Counted from the first letter of the stretch, positions 9,454-19,085 are shown. The stretch: 64,000 nucleotides of DNA from an uncultured delta proteobacterium (GCA_963755125.1 CAVWIP010000016.1:32001-96000); one strand, 5' to 3'. Notes: a model not told the origin generated them from the letters alone. Numbers and translations are program-made.

Positions 9454-10176
9454 TCACTTTCCACTGCGTTCCAGCTTGGCCCCAAGCACTTTGGTGAACT
9501 CGTGCGTGGACACAACCGTGGCTTGCCAGGGGAAGACCTTCTCGGTCAGAACGCGATGGACTTCGTCGTCCATGTCGGCGCAGGCGTCGGAGACCACGAC
9601 GAGCTGGTAATCCATGTCGGCGGCCCAGCGCACGGTCGAGAGGACAACGCCGCTGGTTGAAATGCCGAACATTGCCAGCGTGCTGATGTTGTTGGCGCGC
9701 AGGATCGATTCCAGGTCGGTGGTCGAGAACGCGCCCACGCGGCGCTTGGTGACCACGATGTCGCCCGGCTGGGGCGCCACCCGCGCATCGATCTCGGCCC
9801 CTGGCGTGCCCTCGCGCAGACGCCCCGACTCTTTCAGGCCGGCAAAGCGTTTGTTCTGGCGACTGACCTCGGGGTAGCCCTCGCGAAAACGCACCACCAC
9901 GTAGATGACGGGCAAGTGGGCCTGCCGCGCCTGCTTGAGGATTGCGCTGGCATTGTCCAGAATCGCGACTTGCGTTTTCTCGGGTAGCATGCCCAGGATT
10001 TGGTTTTCGTAGTCCATGATCAAGACCGCGGTTCGGCCCCGATCGATCGAGAGTTCACTTTTTGCCGGGTTCTTGGCCGCATCCGGTTTGTCAGCGGCCA
10101 TCGCCGGGGTTGCTTGCAAGCTGGGAATCGTGGCTAGGGCTGCAACGAACAACGCGTGGTTCACAATGGTTTGCAT
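9454..10176 (-). CDS. Isochorismatase/cysteine hydrolase family protein with signal peptide
   Basis: TAVLIMDYEN, VVTKRRVGAF, GISTSGVVLSTVR, VVVSDACAD. Confidence 0.85.
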   Translation of the reverse strand: MQTIVNHALFVAALATIPSLQATPAMAADKPDAAKNPAKSELSIDRGRTAVLIMDYENQILGMLPEKTQVAILDNASAILKQARQAHLPVIYVVVRFREGYPEVSRQNKRFAGLKESGRLREGTPGAEIDARVAPQPGDIVVTKRRVGAFSTTDLESILRANNISTLAMFGISTSGVVLSTVRWAADMDYQLVVVSDACADMDDEVHRVLTEKVFPWQATVVSTHEFTKVLGAKLERSGK

Positions 10177-10209
10177 GAATCGTCTCATTTTCGTCTTCAG
10201 GATCACAAG

Positions 10210-10761
10210 CTACACGATCGTGGCGAAGGCTTCGAACGGCAGGCGCGCTGGACGCTCCGTTTCGGCGGCAATCTGCCAGGCCGCCAGCGCCGGCGAGATC
10301 TCCTGCGTGTGGCCGCCCACGACGATCAGGGTGATCACCTGAGCACCGTCGGGCAACGCCAGAGCCTGCCGGGCGGCCTCGGGGTCGAACCCGGCAATGG
10401 GATGGGCTGACAGGTTCCTCTCGGTCGCGGCCAGCATCAGCAAGGCGGCGGCCATGCCGGTGTCGAATTGGTAGTAGTCGCGGCCCTCTGGCGTGCGGCA
10501 GTCGAGATCGGCTTGCGACCACACCACGACGATCAGCGAGGCCGCCTTGGCCCAGGCCGCATTCCCTGGTTTCATGGTTGCGACCATGCGCTCCAGCACG
10601 GCCGGACTGCGCACGAACACGAAGCGCCATGGCTGCTTGTTGGAACAGGACGGGGCCAGCCCCGCCACGGCGGCGAGTTCCTTGATCAGTGCCTCGTTCA
10701 CCTCCACGGGCGCGAACGAGCGCAGCGACCTACGTTGTTTCACGACTTCGGCGAATTCCAT
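10210..10761 (-). CDS. Nitroreductase family protein
   Basis: RRSLRSF, LAPSCSNKQPWRFVFV, DTGMAAALLMLAATERNL, IAGFD. Confidence 0.9.
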   Translation of the reverse strand: MEFAEVVKQRRSLRSFAPVEVNEALIKELAAVAGLAPSCSNKQPWRFVFVRSPAVLERMVATMKPGNAAWAKAASLIVVVWSQADLDCRTPEGRDYYQFDTGMAAALLMLAATERNLSAHPIAGFDPEAARQALALPDGAQVITLIVVGGHTQEISPALAAWQIAAETERPARLPFEAFATIV

Positions 10762-10838
10762 GGTGTCCTCCGGGCAGCAGTCTAGCGGAAGTCGGATGCG
10801 CTCGCCCTGCTGGCGCGACTGCGCTACGCTGGCGGCCG

Positions 10839-11741
10839 GTGAGATTGAGCAGTCTCCTCGACGCGGATTCCTTCCGGCGCCATCGCCTGGCCTACGCCTG
10901 CGCCGCCGGCATCGTCGTGCTTGCTCTGATCGAGACTGCCAACGCATGGCTGGCGCCCCTGCGCGCACCGACCGACCGCGATTGGCGTGCGCTGGCCGCC
11001 GAGGTTCGGGCTGGCTTTCAGCCTGGCGATCTCATCGTCGCCGCGCCTGCCTGGGCCGACCCACTGCTGCGCATGCACCTGGGCGATCTGATCCCAATTG
11101 CCGTGGCCGGCCGGCTCGATGCCGCCCGTTTCGGCCGCATCTGGGAAATTTCGCAGCGGGGGGCGCGGGCTGGGGAAACCGCAGGCGGCCACATCGTGCA
11201 ATCGAGCCGCCACGGCGCGCTCACCCTGCGGCGCTATGAACGGCCAGCAGCCCGCGTGTCGTTCGACTTCGTCGCCGAGTGGAGGCGAGCCGCGGTTTCG
11301 CGCGTCGCCGCCGACGGCCAGGTCAGTGGCTGCTTTCGCGCGCCCGGCAGCTTCGAGTGCCCGGAATTGCCCGCTCGGTCGCTCAAGCCCGAACTGCTGG
11401 AGATCGACACCAGCCCGCACCTGGCCCTGACCATGCTGCCCACGGGACAGTCGACCACGGTGATCGAATTCGATCGCGTGCCTCTCGGGCGCGAACTGGC
11501 GGTGGGGGCCGGCCTGCACAACGTGTGGCTGCGCAAGGCGGGCAAGGGCACCGTCAGCCTGCGCGTGCTGGTGCAGAGCCGCGAGTTCGGCCGCATCGAG
11601 GCTGGCAGCATGACGGGCTGGACCCTGCGCAAGTTCGACACCTCGACGCTGGCTGGACAGTCGGCCAGCGTGCGCTTCGAGATCACCGTCGACGATCCCA
11701 ACTCGCGCACCCTCGGTTTCGCGGCGGAGGCGCGCAGTTGA
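10839..11741 (+). CDS. Membrane-anchored hypothetical protein with a C-terminal beta-sandwich (carbohydrate-binding-like) domain
   Basis: N-terminal TM segment; C-terminal GWTLRKFDTSTLAGQSASVRFEITVD; stop overlaps the next ATG; start uncertain. Confidence 0.65.
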   Translation: MRLSSLLDADSFRRHRLAYACAAGIVVLALIETANAWLAPLRAPTDRDWRALAAEVRAGFQPGDLIVAAPAWADPLLRMHLGDLIPIAVAGRLDAARFGRIWEISQRGARAGETAGGHIVQSSRHGALTLRRYERPAARVSFDFVAEWRRAAVSRVAADGQVSGCFRAPGSFECPELPARSLKPELLEIDTSPHLALTMLPTGQSTTVIEFDRVPLGRELAVGAGLHNVWLRKAGKGTVSLRVLVQSREFGRIEAGSMTGWTLRKFDTSTLAGQSASVRFEITVDDPNSRTLGFAAEARS

Positions 11742-13582
11742 TGGCCGAGCTGGGACAAGCGACCCGCCGTCGCTGGGGACGCCCGTGGATGGTGCCGCTG
11801 GTGCTGGCCCTGGCCACCAGCGGCTGGCTGTTGGCGGTCGAGGGTCGGCAAGGCTTGGCCCGCGACGAGGCGCAGTACTTCCGCGCCGGCGAGCGCTACT
11901 GGGGCTGGTTCGAGGCGCTCGGGGATGCCCTGCGTGCGGGCAAGCCGGGGCAGGCTTTCTCGCGCGCCGTGGTCGACAGTTTCTGGGGCGACAACCACGA
12001 ACACCCGCCCTTGATGAAGACGCTGTACGGGCTGTCGTGGCGCCTGTTTCATCGCTGCGACTGCACCGGACCGAAGCGCGGCCTGCACCCGATCGCGGTA
12101 CACAAGCACCGGACCCTGCCCCTGTTCGCGCGCGAGTCGACCGCCTTTCGTTTTCCCGCCATTTTGCTGGCCGGCCTGGGTGTGGCGCTGGTGTACGGAT
12201 TCGCGCGCCGCTGGGTGGGGCCGTGGGCCGCGGCGGGCGCGGCCGTGCTCTCGGTCGCGCAACCGCACTACTTCTTCCACGCCCAGATCTCGTGCTTCGA
12301 TGCGCCCATCGCGGTCATGGGCCTGCTGGTGGCGCTGGCCTACTGGAAATCGCTGCGCTCGCCCCGCTGGGGCGTTCTGTGCGGCGTCTTCTATGGCCTC
12401 GCCCTGGCCACCAAGCACAATGCCTGGCTGATTCCCTGTTTCCTGCTGGTGCACCACCTGTGGATGCGGCGATGGGATTTTCTCCGTCTGCGCCCGCCGC
12501 GCGTGCCGTTGGCTTTTGTATCAATGGCCACGCTGGGCCCCATCGTCCTGTTCGCGCTCTGGCCCTGGCTGTGGCACGCGCCGCTGGCGCGCACGCGCGA
12601 ATGGGTGCAGCGACACGCGCAACACGAGCACTACAACTTCGAGTACCTGGGCCAGAACTGGAACCTGCCCCCACCGCCGGCGCAAACCGGTCGTTGGCTG
12701 CTGCGTGCGACTTTCCCCTTCGTGTCGACGGCGTTCACCGTGCCGGCCACTACTTTGGCCCTGGCCGCTGCAGGTGCGGTGGTGCTGGCCCGACGCCGCC
12801 GGAAGAACGCAGCCAGCGACGAGCCCCCTCTCATCAATCCCGAGCCGCCCGAGCCGGGCGCGCGCGCCTCGTGGCTGCGGCCCGGCGCGGATGTGGACCT
12901 GGCGCCGGGCATTTTCCTCGCGGTGCAGATCCTGGGGCCGCTTGGAACCCTGGCGCTTCCCTCGACGCCGATCTTCGGCGGGGTGAAGCACTTCCTCACC
13001 GCGATGCCTTTCCTGGCCATGGTGGCCGGCATGGGCCTGGCCTGGGTCACGCGCCAGGCGGCGACGCTGGTGCGCGCCGCGCGCCTGCGCCGGGCCTTGC
13101 CCGCAGCCCTGGCATTTGTGCTGTGCCTGCCGGCGGTGACCGAGACCCAGCGCTCGCATCCCGACGGCGTGGGCCACTACAATCTTTTGGCCGGTGGGTT
13201 CGCCGGTGGCGCTTCCCTGGGCATGAACCGACAGTTCTGGGGCTATTCCGTGCTGCCGCTGCTACCCTGGATGAACGCGCATCGGCCCGCATCCAACCGC
13301 ATCTACTGGCATGACGTTCTTCACGACGCCGTGATGATGTATGTTCGCGATGACCGGGTGCCGGTGGGGATCGGCGATGTGGGTGTGGGCGAGCCCATGG
13401 TTGCGCAGTCGGATCTTGGCGTCGTCATCTTGGAAAAACATTTCGCGGTTTACGAATATCTGCACTGGGACGCCTATCAGACCACCCGGCCGGCCCAGGT
13501 ATATGCCCACGAGGGCGTGCCGTTCGCCGTCGTCTATCAGCGCGCGGCGCCCCCGCCGCGCCAGGAGCCGTTGCCGCCATGA
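11741..13582 (+). CDS. GT-C fold glycosyltransferase (PMT/ArnT-like, GT39/GT83)
   Basis: RDEAQYF acidic motif after TM1; NHEHPPLMK; multiple TM segments; GLALATKHNA. Confidence 0.8.
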   Translation: MAELGQATRRRWGRPWMVPLVLALATSGWLLAVEGRQGLARDEAQYFRAGERYWGWFEALGDALRAGKPGQAFSRAVVDSFWGDNHEHPPLMKTLYGLSWRLFHRCDCTGPKRGLHPIAVHKHRTLPLFARESTAFRFPAILLAGLGVALVYGFARRWVGPWAAAGAAVLSVAQPHYFFHAQISCFDAPIAVMGLLVALAYWKSLRSPRWGVLCGVFYGLALATKHNAWLIPCFLLVHHLWMRRWDFLRLRPPRVPLAFVSMATLGPIVLFALWPWLWHAPLARTREWVQRHAQHEHYNFEYLGQNWNLPPPPAQTGRWLLRATFPFVSTAFTVPATTLALAAAGAVVLARRRRKNAASDEPPLINPEPPEPGARASWLRPGADVDLAPGIFLAVQILGPLGTLALPSTPIFGGVKHFLTAMPFLAMVAGMGLAWVTRQAATLVRAARLRRALPAALAFVLCLPAVTETQRSHPDGVGHYNLLAGGFAGGASLGMNRQFWGYSVLPLLPWMNAHRPASNRIYWHDVLHDAVMMYVRDDRVPVGIGDVGVGEPMVAQSDLGVVILEKHFAVYEYLHWDAYQTTRPAQVYAHEGVPFAVVYQRAAPPPRQEPLPP

Positions 13583-14979
13583 ATCGGTTTGAACGCCTTT
13601 TCTCCAGCCGCTGGGGGCTGGTTCTCATCTACGTCGTCTTTCTCGGCGCCTACCTGGGCGCTTCCGACGGGCGGCTCCGGCAGCACTCCGCCTACAACCA
13701 TTTTGTCTACCTGGCCGATGGCTGGCTGCACGGTCGCCTGGACCTGGCCGCCAACCCGCCCAACGAAAACGACTGGGCGCGGGTCGAGGTTCTGCACCTC
13801 AAGGATGGCCGCACCCTCAAGGGCCAGTTCCGCACCACGGGCCCCACCGATCGTTTCTATCCCCTGCGCGGCCCATCGCTGACCGTCGACAAGGACGACA
13901 TCGTCTCGCGTTCCTGGATCCGCTACGTGTCTTTTCCACCGCTCCCGGCGGTGCTGATGGCGCCTTTCGTGGCCATCTGGCACCTGGCCTTCAACGACGT
14001 ACTTTTCACCGTCATATGGGCAGCGTTCAATCCGGTTCTGCTTTTCCTGCTGCTGCGCAAGCTGCAACGCCGTGGCTACAGCAAACGCAGCGTGACTGAC
14101 GATCTCTGGCTGACCGCGCTGTTGGGGGCCGGCTCGGTGTATTTCTACAGCTCGGTGCTGGGCCAGGTCTGGTACACCGCCCATGTCATCGGCGTGACCT
14201 GCGTGATCGCCTACGCCTGGACCGCCATCGAGGCGTCGCGGCCAGCCCTGGCCGGGCTGTTCGTGGGCTTGGGCTTTGCCACGCGCACGCCGCTCGGGTT
14301 CATGTTCCCGCTCTTTTTCTTTGAAGCCGTGCGCGTGACGGGCGGCTGGGATCGCCTGCGCCAGTGGCGGAAACAGGGCTGGCCCGCCGGCCTGCTGGGA
14401 AAGTTCCTGCGCTTCACCGGGGCCGCCGGCGCGATCTTGGCCGTGCTGCTCATCCACAACTACTTGCGCTTCGGCAAGTTCTACGTCTTCGGCCACGAGT
14501 ACCTGAACATCGCGTGGCAGGACCGCATCCAGAAATGGGGCCTGTTCAACGTCCATTTCCTGGCGCGCAACCTGGCCTGCGCGCTGGTTCTGCTGCCGCG
14601 CTTTCTCGCGCAATATCCCTACGTGAAGGTCGGGGCGCACGGCATGTCCCTGCTGGTGACCTCGCCCAATCTGGCCTACACCGTCGCGCCCGCCGAGCGC
14701 AGCCCGCTGGCGCGCAGTCTGTGGATCACCATCCTGTGCACCGCCCTGCCCTCGCTGCTCTACCAAAATTCCGGCTACATCCAGTTCGGCTACCGCTTCA
14801 GCCTGGACTACATGGTGTTCTTCATCATGCTGCTCTCGGTGGGGAATCGCCGGCTGACCGCGCTGTGGAAGGTGCTTTTGATCTGGGCGGTGGCGGTCAA
14901 CCTTTTCGGCGCCATTACCTTCGATCACATGACCCAGTTCAGCTACGACGATTCCTTCTTCCCGCACGGAAACAACTGA
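13579..14979 (+). CDS. Polytopic membrane protein, probable GT-C glycosyltransferase
   Basis: YVSFPPLPAVLMAPF, HNYLRFG, QFGYRFSLDY; about 10 hydrophobic segments; ATGA-coupled to the upstream gene. Confidence 0.7.
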   Translation: MNRFERLFSSRWGLVLIYVVFLGAYLGASDGRLRQHSAYNHFVYLADGWLHGRLDLAANPPNENDWARVEVLHLKDGRTLKGQFRTTGPTDRFYPLRGPSLTVDKDDIVSRSWIRYVSFPPLPAVLMAPFVAIWHLAFNDVLFTVIWAAFNPVLLFLLLRKLQRRGYSKRSVTDDLWLTALLGAGSVYFYSSVLGQVWYTAHVIGVTCVIAYAWTAIEASRPALAGLFVGLGFATRTPLGFMFPLFFFEAVRVTGGWDRLRQWRKQGWPAGLLGKFLRFTGAAGAILAVLLIHNYLRFGKFYVFGHEYLNIAWQDRIQKWGLFNVHFLARNLACALVLLPRFLAQYPYVKVGAHGMSLLVTSPNLAYTVAPAERSPLARSLWITILCTALPSLLYQNSGYIQFGYRFSLDYMVFFIMLLSVGNRRLTALWKVLLIWAVAVNLFGAITFDHMTQFSYDDSFFPHGNN

Positions 14980-15066
14980 ACGGCGGCCTGGAATTCCTGC
15001 GCGGGCGCACCCGACGCGGCTTCCCCACTCCGAATTCCAGGAGTATAGGCATCAAGGAGGGCCCCC

Positions 15067-15831
15067 ATGGACAAATACATCGGAATCGACGTTCACAGTG
15101 CAAGTTGTACGATCGCGGTGGTCGATGCGCACGGCAAGCGAGCGGGTTTGCACGTCGTGGCTACCAACGGCCAGAAAATCGTGGAGTGTCTTGCTGTGAT
15201 CCCAGGGCAGAGGCATGTGTGCTTCGAGTAAGGGACGCAAAGTGGCTGGCTATACGAGGTTCTGGAACCGCACGCTGTCGAAGTTGTGGTGGCGGGTGTA
15301 GCAGGGTCGCGGGGCGCGAAGGACGACAAGCGGGACGCTTTTGGACTGGCCGAAGATTTGCGGCTGGGAGCGATCAAAACCCGGGTGTTCAAGAGTGGCG
15401 GCCCGTTCAAACCATTGCGCGAACTGGCGCGTACGCACCGGATGGTGGTTGCGGATGTCGTGCGAACGAAGAATCGGATCAAGAGCGCGTATCGGTCTCG
15501 TGGTGTCCCGGTCGCAGGCAAGTCGGCGTACAGCTCTGCGGGTCGCGAACAATGGCAAGAGCAGTTGCCCGAGGCATACCGCGGGCCGCTGCTCACACTG
15601 TATGCGGAGCTCGATGCTTTGGAGGAGGTTCGCAGCGACGCGGAGAAGGCGCTGGTGCAGGAGGCACGCAAGTTCCCCATCACCAAACTGCTCGCGACCT
15701 GCCCAGGTTTGGGCGCCATTCGCGCCGCCCAGTTGGTGCCCATCGTGGTCAGCCCGCATCGCTTCCGAACCAAGCGCCAGTTCTGGTCCTACTGTGGCCT
15801 GGGCATCGTGATGCGTTCGACGTCGGACTGG
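15067..15831 (+). mobile_element. IS110-family transposase pseudogene (nonsense codon, 3' truncated)
   Basis: MDKYIGIDVH (DEDD RuvC), CFE*GTQ with TAA at 15229-15231, AKDDKRDA, TCPGLGAIRAA, RFRTKRQFWSYCGLG. Confidence 0.9.
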
Positions 15832-15945
15832 CTTCCAGATCCGCCAGGAACGTCGACAAGTGTTCCTGTATCGTTCGGTAAAGCAAAGTCGTTTCGGGAC
15901 GATGACGCTCGAACGCGCCCGCGGTCGCGTGGGTGTGACAGCTTG
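15831..15945 (-). mobile_element. IS91/ISCR-family transposase N-terminal fragment
   Basis: AFERHRPETTLLYRTIQEHLSTFLADLEA resembles the YERHRPE-TLLY N-terminus of IS91-type transposases. Confidence 0.72.
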
Positions 15946-16080
15946 CTGCTGCTTGCGTGATAAGCACCAGCAGGGGTTCTCGGCAACGAGGCGATATTGA
16001 TTGCTAGCAAAACGCAGCATGCAAAGACACCGGCTGCCGAGCCAGTGGCGTGAATTGCGCGAAAGTCTTAACCTGTGCCC

Positions 16081-17088
16081 ATGATGCCCACCTCCAGAGC
16101 ACTCTGCCTCTCCCTTGGTTTTCTGAGCATCTCCTGCGCGACGGCGCCCCAGCCGCCGGCCAAGACCGAGGCACCGCCGCCTCCCGCTCCGCGCCTGGAA
16201 AAGATGCACGAGCCGCTCGAGGTGCGCCCGCTGGAGCTGTTCTTTTCGGGCGTGCGTGGCATCGCCAAGTCGAGCGAGTCGGTGACCATCGGGAACACCG
16301 GCGATCAGTCGGTCGCGGTGGACGACCTGGTTATCGTCGGGTCGCAGGCCGCCACCTTCAAGCTGGCCGACCTGCCGCCTTTGCCCGCCCTGCTGCGGCC
16401 CAATCAGTCCGTGACCGTAAGCGTGGGCTTTGCTCCGCCCGCTGCCTCCGAGCCGGGAGTGCACCACGCGCGCCTGCGCATCGTACGTTCAGGCGACGAC
16501 GACGGCCCGCCCTGTGACATGTCGGCCTTGGTCACCAAGGGAACTGACCTGGCGAGCGAGCCTCCGCTGCATCAGATCCTCGAGACGCTGGGCTACGCGC
16601 CCGACGTGGGGCCGGCCGGTCCGCCGGCCTCCGATGCGAAAGCTGGAGGCGAGATGAAGACGGGGCTGTTCCAGCACGCCAAGACTGGCAGCGTGGGTCT
16701 GTACGTGGTGGCACGCTACTCACAGGACGAGACTTCGTCGTTTGGCGCGTACACCGTCGAGAACGGAAAGCCGGTCACCCGGCCGATGGGGAGCATCGCC
16801 AAGGGACACAACCAGACGCTCAACCCCGAATTGCAGGGCGAAGGGCAGACAAGCTTCGACCCGGGCGACGCGGGGTTCGGAATCTTCGTCAAGCTGCCCA
16901 AGCGGACGCTGTACTCGGAGGACCAGCGCAACCCCGATGGCGCCAAGCATGCGATGCGCGTCTACCCGCTACGCAGCCGAGGCGGCGCGCAGGTCCCCGA
17001 CGCTTTGCTGGTCGTGGTGGACGAGGACGGTGATGGCGATTTCCAGGATTACGTGTTCACGCTGGTGAACGTGAAGCCCGCCCCGTAG
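16081..17088 (+). CDS. Lipoprotein with an Ig-like (ASH/choice-of-anchor D-like) domain
   Basis: LSISC lipobox; SVTIGNTG...LRPNQSVTVSVGFAP; C-terminal DEDGDGDFQDYVF. Confidence 0.7.
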   Translation: MMPTSRALCLSLGFLSISCATAPQPPAKTEAPPPPAPRLEKMHEPLEVRPLELFFSGVRGIAKSSESVTIGNTGDQSVAVDDLVIVGSQAATFKLADLPPLPALLRPNQSVTVSVGFAPPAASEPGVHHARLRIVRSGDDDGPPCDMSALVTKGTDLASEPPLHQILETLGYAPDVGPAGPPASDAKAGGEMKTGLFQHAKTGSVGLYVVARYSQDETSSFGAYTVENGKPVTRPMGSIAKGHNQTLNPELQGEGQTSFDPGDAGFGIFVKLPKRTLYSEDQRNPDGAKHAMRVYPLRSRGGAQVPDALLVVVDEDGDGDFQDYVFTLVNVKPAP

Positions 17089-17113
17089 GGGATAGCTGCT
17101 TTCACCAACCCGC

Positions 17114-18145
17114 TCAGCGCCGACGACCGCCTCCGCGCGAGGAGCCGCCGCCGGATCGCGCGGCCGGCGCGGCCGGCGCCGCCGGGGCTGCAGGTCGATA
17201 CGAGGCGGCTGGCGCAGCCGGAACAGCCGGAGCGACGGATCGATACTCGATGGCCGGCTCCACCGACCGATATGTGGCGGCTGGCTCTACCGACCGATAC
17301 GGGCTGGCAACCGGAGCGTTCGACCGCGGCGCAGCCTGCGAGCCGCGCCAGCCATTGGCTGGCTGGACAGACTGCGAGCCGCGCCAGCCCGGCGAACCGG
17401 CCGAGGAGGATCCGACGACGTGCGAGGACGGCGGCACGCGGTGGATGGGCGGCGCCACAGCATAGCCGTCACGGTAGAAGCGGCCACCGACGTAGTACTG
17501 GGGGTAGTAGCTCCGGTAGTAGTACGAATAATAGGGCCAGTAGGCCCAGAAGAACGGGTCATAGGGCCCTTCCCAGTAGTACCAGGGCCCGACCAACGTG
17601 AAGTGCGGCGACCAGGGCCGCCACAGGTGCCGGTGAGGTCCGATCATGAAGCACCAGCCGCCGCCGTAGGCGTCCAGGATCGGGTGCGCCCCGTAGTAGC
17701 TGTAGGTTGGGCCGACGTAGCCAAAGTCCTGCGGATCCCCGACGAAGTAGTAGCAACCGTCTCTCAGTTCGAAGAGCCGCAAGTCGAGAGGCGGGTACGC
17801 GTGCATGTGCGCGCCCGGCGTGTCGTCCCAAGACTCGCCGACTGAAACCCGCGTGTCCACCGGATGCGGCCCGTAGTAGCAGTATCCGCCGCCCGGAACG
17901 GATACTGCCGGTCCCTCGACGTTGGGTGGAATCGGCGGAGGCGAAGGATCTGAATCGGCGGCGGTGGGAGGCGGTGGGCCATACTCCGGCGGCACCTGCT
18001 GCCCTTGGTTGGCAGGCCCAGCTCCAACATATTCATCGATCTCTTCCTGCGCGACCGCTGCCCGGCCCAGGCCCGCGACGAACCAGGGCACCAGCACGAT
18101 GGCAAGCGAGCCTGCATGACATGGCATGGGCGACCTCAGAAACAA
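17114..18145 (-). CDS. Secreted Tyr/His/Pro-rich hypothetical protein
   Basis: Signal-like N-terminus; GAGGA RBS before TTG at 18145; CYYGPHP, YSYYGAHP and WCFMIGPHRH motifs; YRSVEPA repeats. Confidence 0.7.
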   Translation of the reverse strand: MFLRSPMPCHAGSLAIVLVPWFVAGLGRAAVAQEEIDEYVGAGPANQGQQVPPEYGPPPPTAADSDPSPPPIPPNVEGPAVSVPGGGYCYYGPHPVDTRVSVGESWDDTPGAHMHAYPPLDLRLFELRDGCYYFVGDPQDFGYVGPTYSYYGAHPILDAYGGGWCFMIGPHRHLWRPWSPHFTLVGPWYYWEGPYDPFFWAYWPYYSYYYRSYYPQYYVGGRFYRDGYAVAPPIHRVPPSSHVVGSSSAGSPGWRGSQSVQPANGWRGSQAAPRSNAPVASPYRSVEPAATYRSVEPAIEYRSVAPAVPAAPAASYRPAAPAAPAAPAARSGGGSSRGGGRRR

Positions 18146-18168
18146 TTGTATTCCTCACAGATGGCTCC

Positions 18169-18185
18169 AGCAATCGGCAGGCCAA
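18169..18185 (-). promoter_or_regulatory. Putative sigma54 (-24/-12) promoter
   Basis: Minus strand TTGGCCTGCCGATTGCT has GG-N10-GC spacing and a TTGCT -12 box, about 24 nt upstream of the 18145 start. Confidence 0.6.
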
Positions 18186-18406
18186 GGCGCAGGGCGGCTG
18201 GGCCATGCGCAGCCGCGAGTGCTGCCGGCAAATGCTAGCCGTTTCGAGCCAGCCTCGGCACCCGCTGCCTGGTTTGGATGGGCCCATTTCTGCCGTTATG
18301 CACCAGAGCGTGACAAGAATGCGCGCCGGTGGTGTGAATCTGCTTCACGGCCGAGGGGATGGGAGGCAGACTCGGGCCGCCCGTCAAGGGCGAGAAGGAC
18401 ACGACC

Positions 18407-18862
18407 ATGGCCATAGAAACCGAACTTCAGGATCTGCTCAAGGCCGCCATGCGCGCCAAGGACAGCCGCACGGCCGACTGCATTCGCATGATCAAGACCA
18501 AGCACATGGAGCGACGAACCGCAGCCGGATTCAAGGGTCCGCTCGACGATGCCCTGTGGCTGGACGTGATCACCGCCTACCAGAAGCAGATGCGCAAGGC
18601 CCGCGAAGAATACGCGGCGCTAGGCGAACGGGGAGCGGAGCACTTGCCCCAGATCGACTTCGAGATCGAGTTCTGTGCGCGGTTTCTGCCCAAGGCGGCC
18701 AGTGACGACGAAGTGCGCGCCGTGGTCAAGGAAACCATCGCGCGCCTTGCGGTCAAGGATCCCAAGCAGGCCGGCAAAGTCATGGGCGAGATCATGAAGG
18801 CGCACAAGGGTCACTTCGAGCCGCCGACCGTCAAGCGCATCGTCGAGGAAGAACTGAAGTAG
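18407..18862 (+). CDS. GatB/YqeY domain protein
   Basis: LKAAMRAKD...IRMIK...FLPK...GKVMGEIMK. Confidence 0.88.
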   Translation: MAIETELQDLLKAAMRAKDSRTADCIRMIKTKHMERRTAAGFKGPLDDALWLDVITAYQKQMRKAREEYAALGERGAEHLPQIDFEIEFCARFLPKAASDDEVRAVVKETIARLAVKDPKQAGKVMGEIMKAHKGHFEPPTVKRIVEEELK

Positions 18863-18969
18863 GCCTCCTGCGATCACGGCCGGGCCGCGCCATATTCTCG
18901 CTTCAACGACGAAGCGTCGGGCTCTCGCGGCATTTCGACGAAACACAAATCGCGATGTCCCTTTGCATC

Positions 18970-19085
18970 CGGCCGACAAGCCGGGCTGCTGGCAAGGAGG
19001 GCCGAGAACCGGACCGGAATGTACTGATGTACTTGCGGACCGGAAGCGCAGACCCGACGCAGCCAGCGGCCCGGATCGTCGGCCG
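18970..19085. repeat. Palindromic REP/MITE-like element, copy 1
   Basis: Terminal stem CGGCCGAC-AAG-CCGGGCTGCTGGC ... GCCAGCGGCCCGG-ATC-GTCGGCCG; homologous to 40393-40510. Confidence 0.8.

Noticed and set aside
15229..15231. In-frame stop in IS110 as programmed recoding
   Set aside because: TAA is not a Sec/Pyl codon, a single GAA-to-TAA change explains it, and the gene is also truncated.
18296..18400. Possible riboswitch or ncRNA upstream of the YqeY gene
   Set aside because: Only short GC-rich pairings are visible and no aptamer consensus was recognised; an Rfam scan would be needed.
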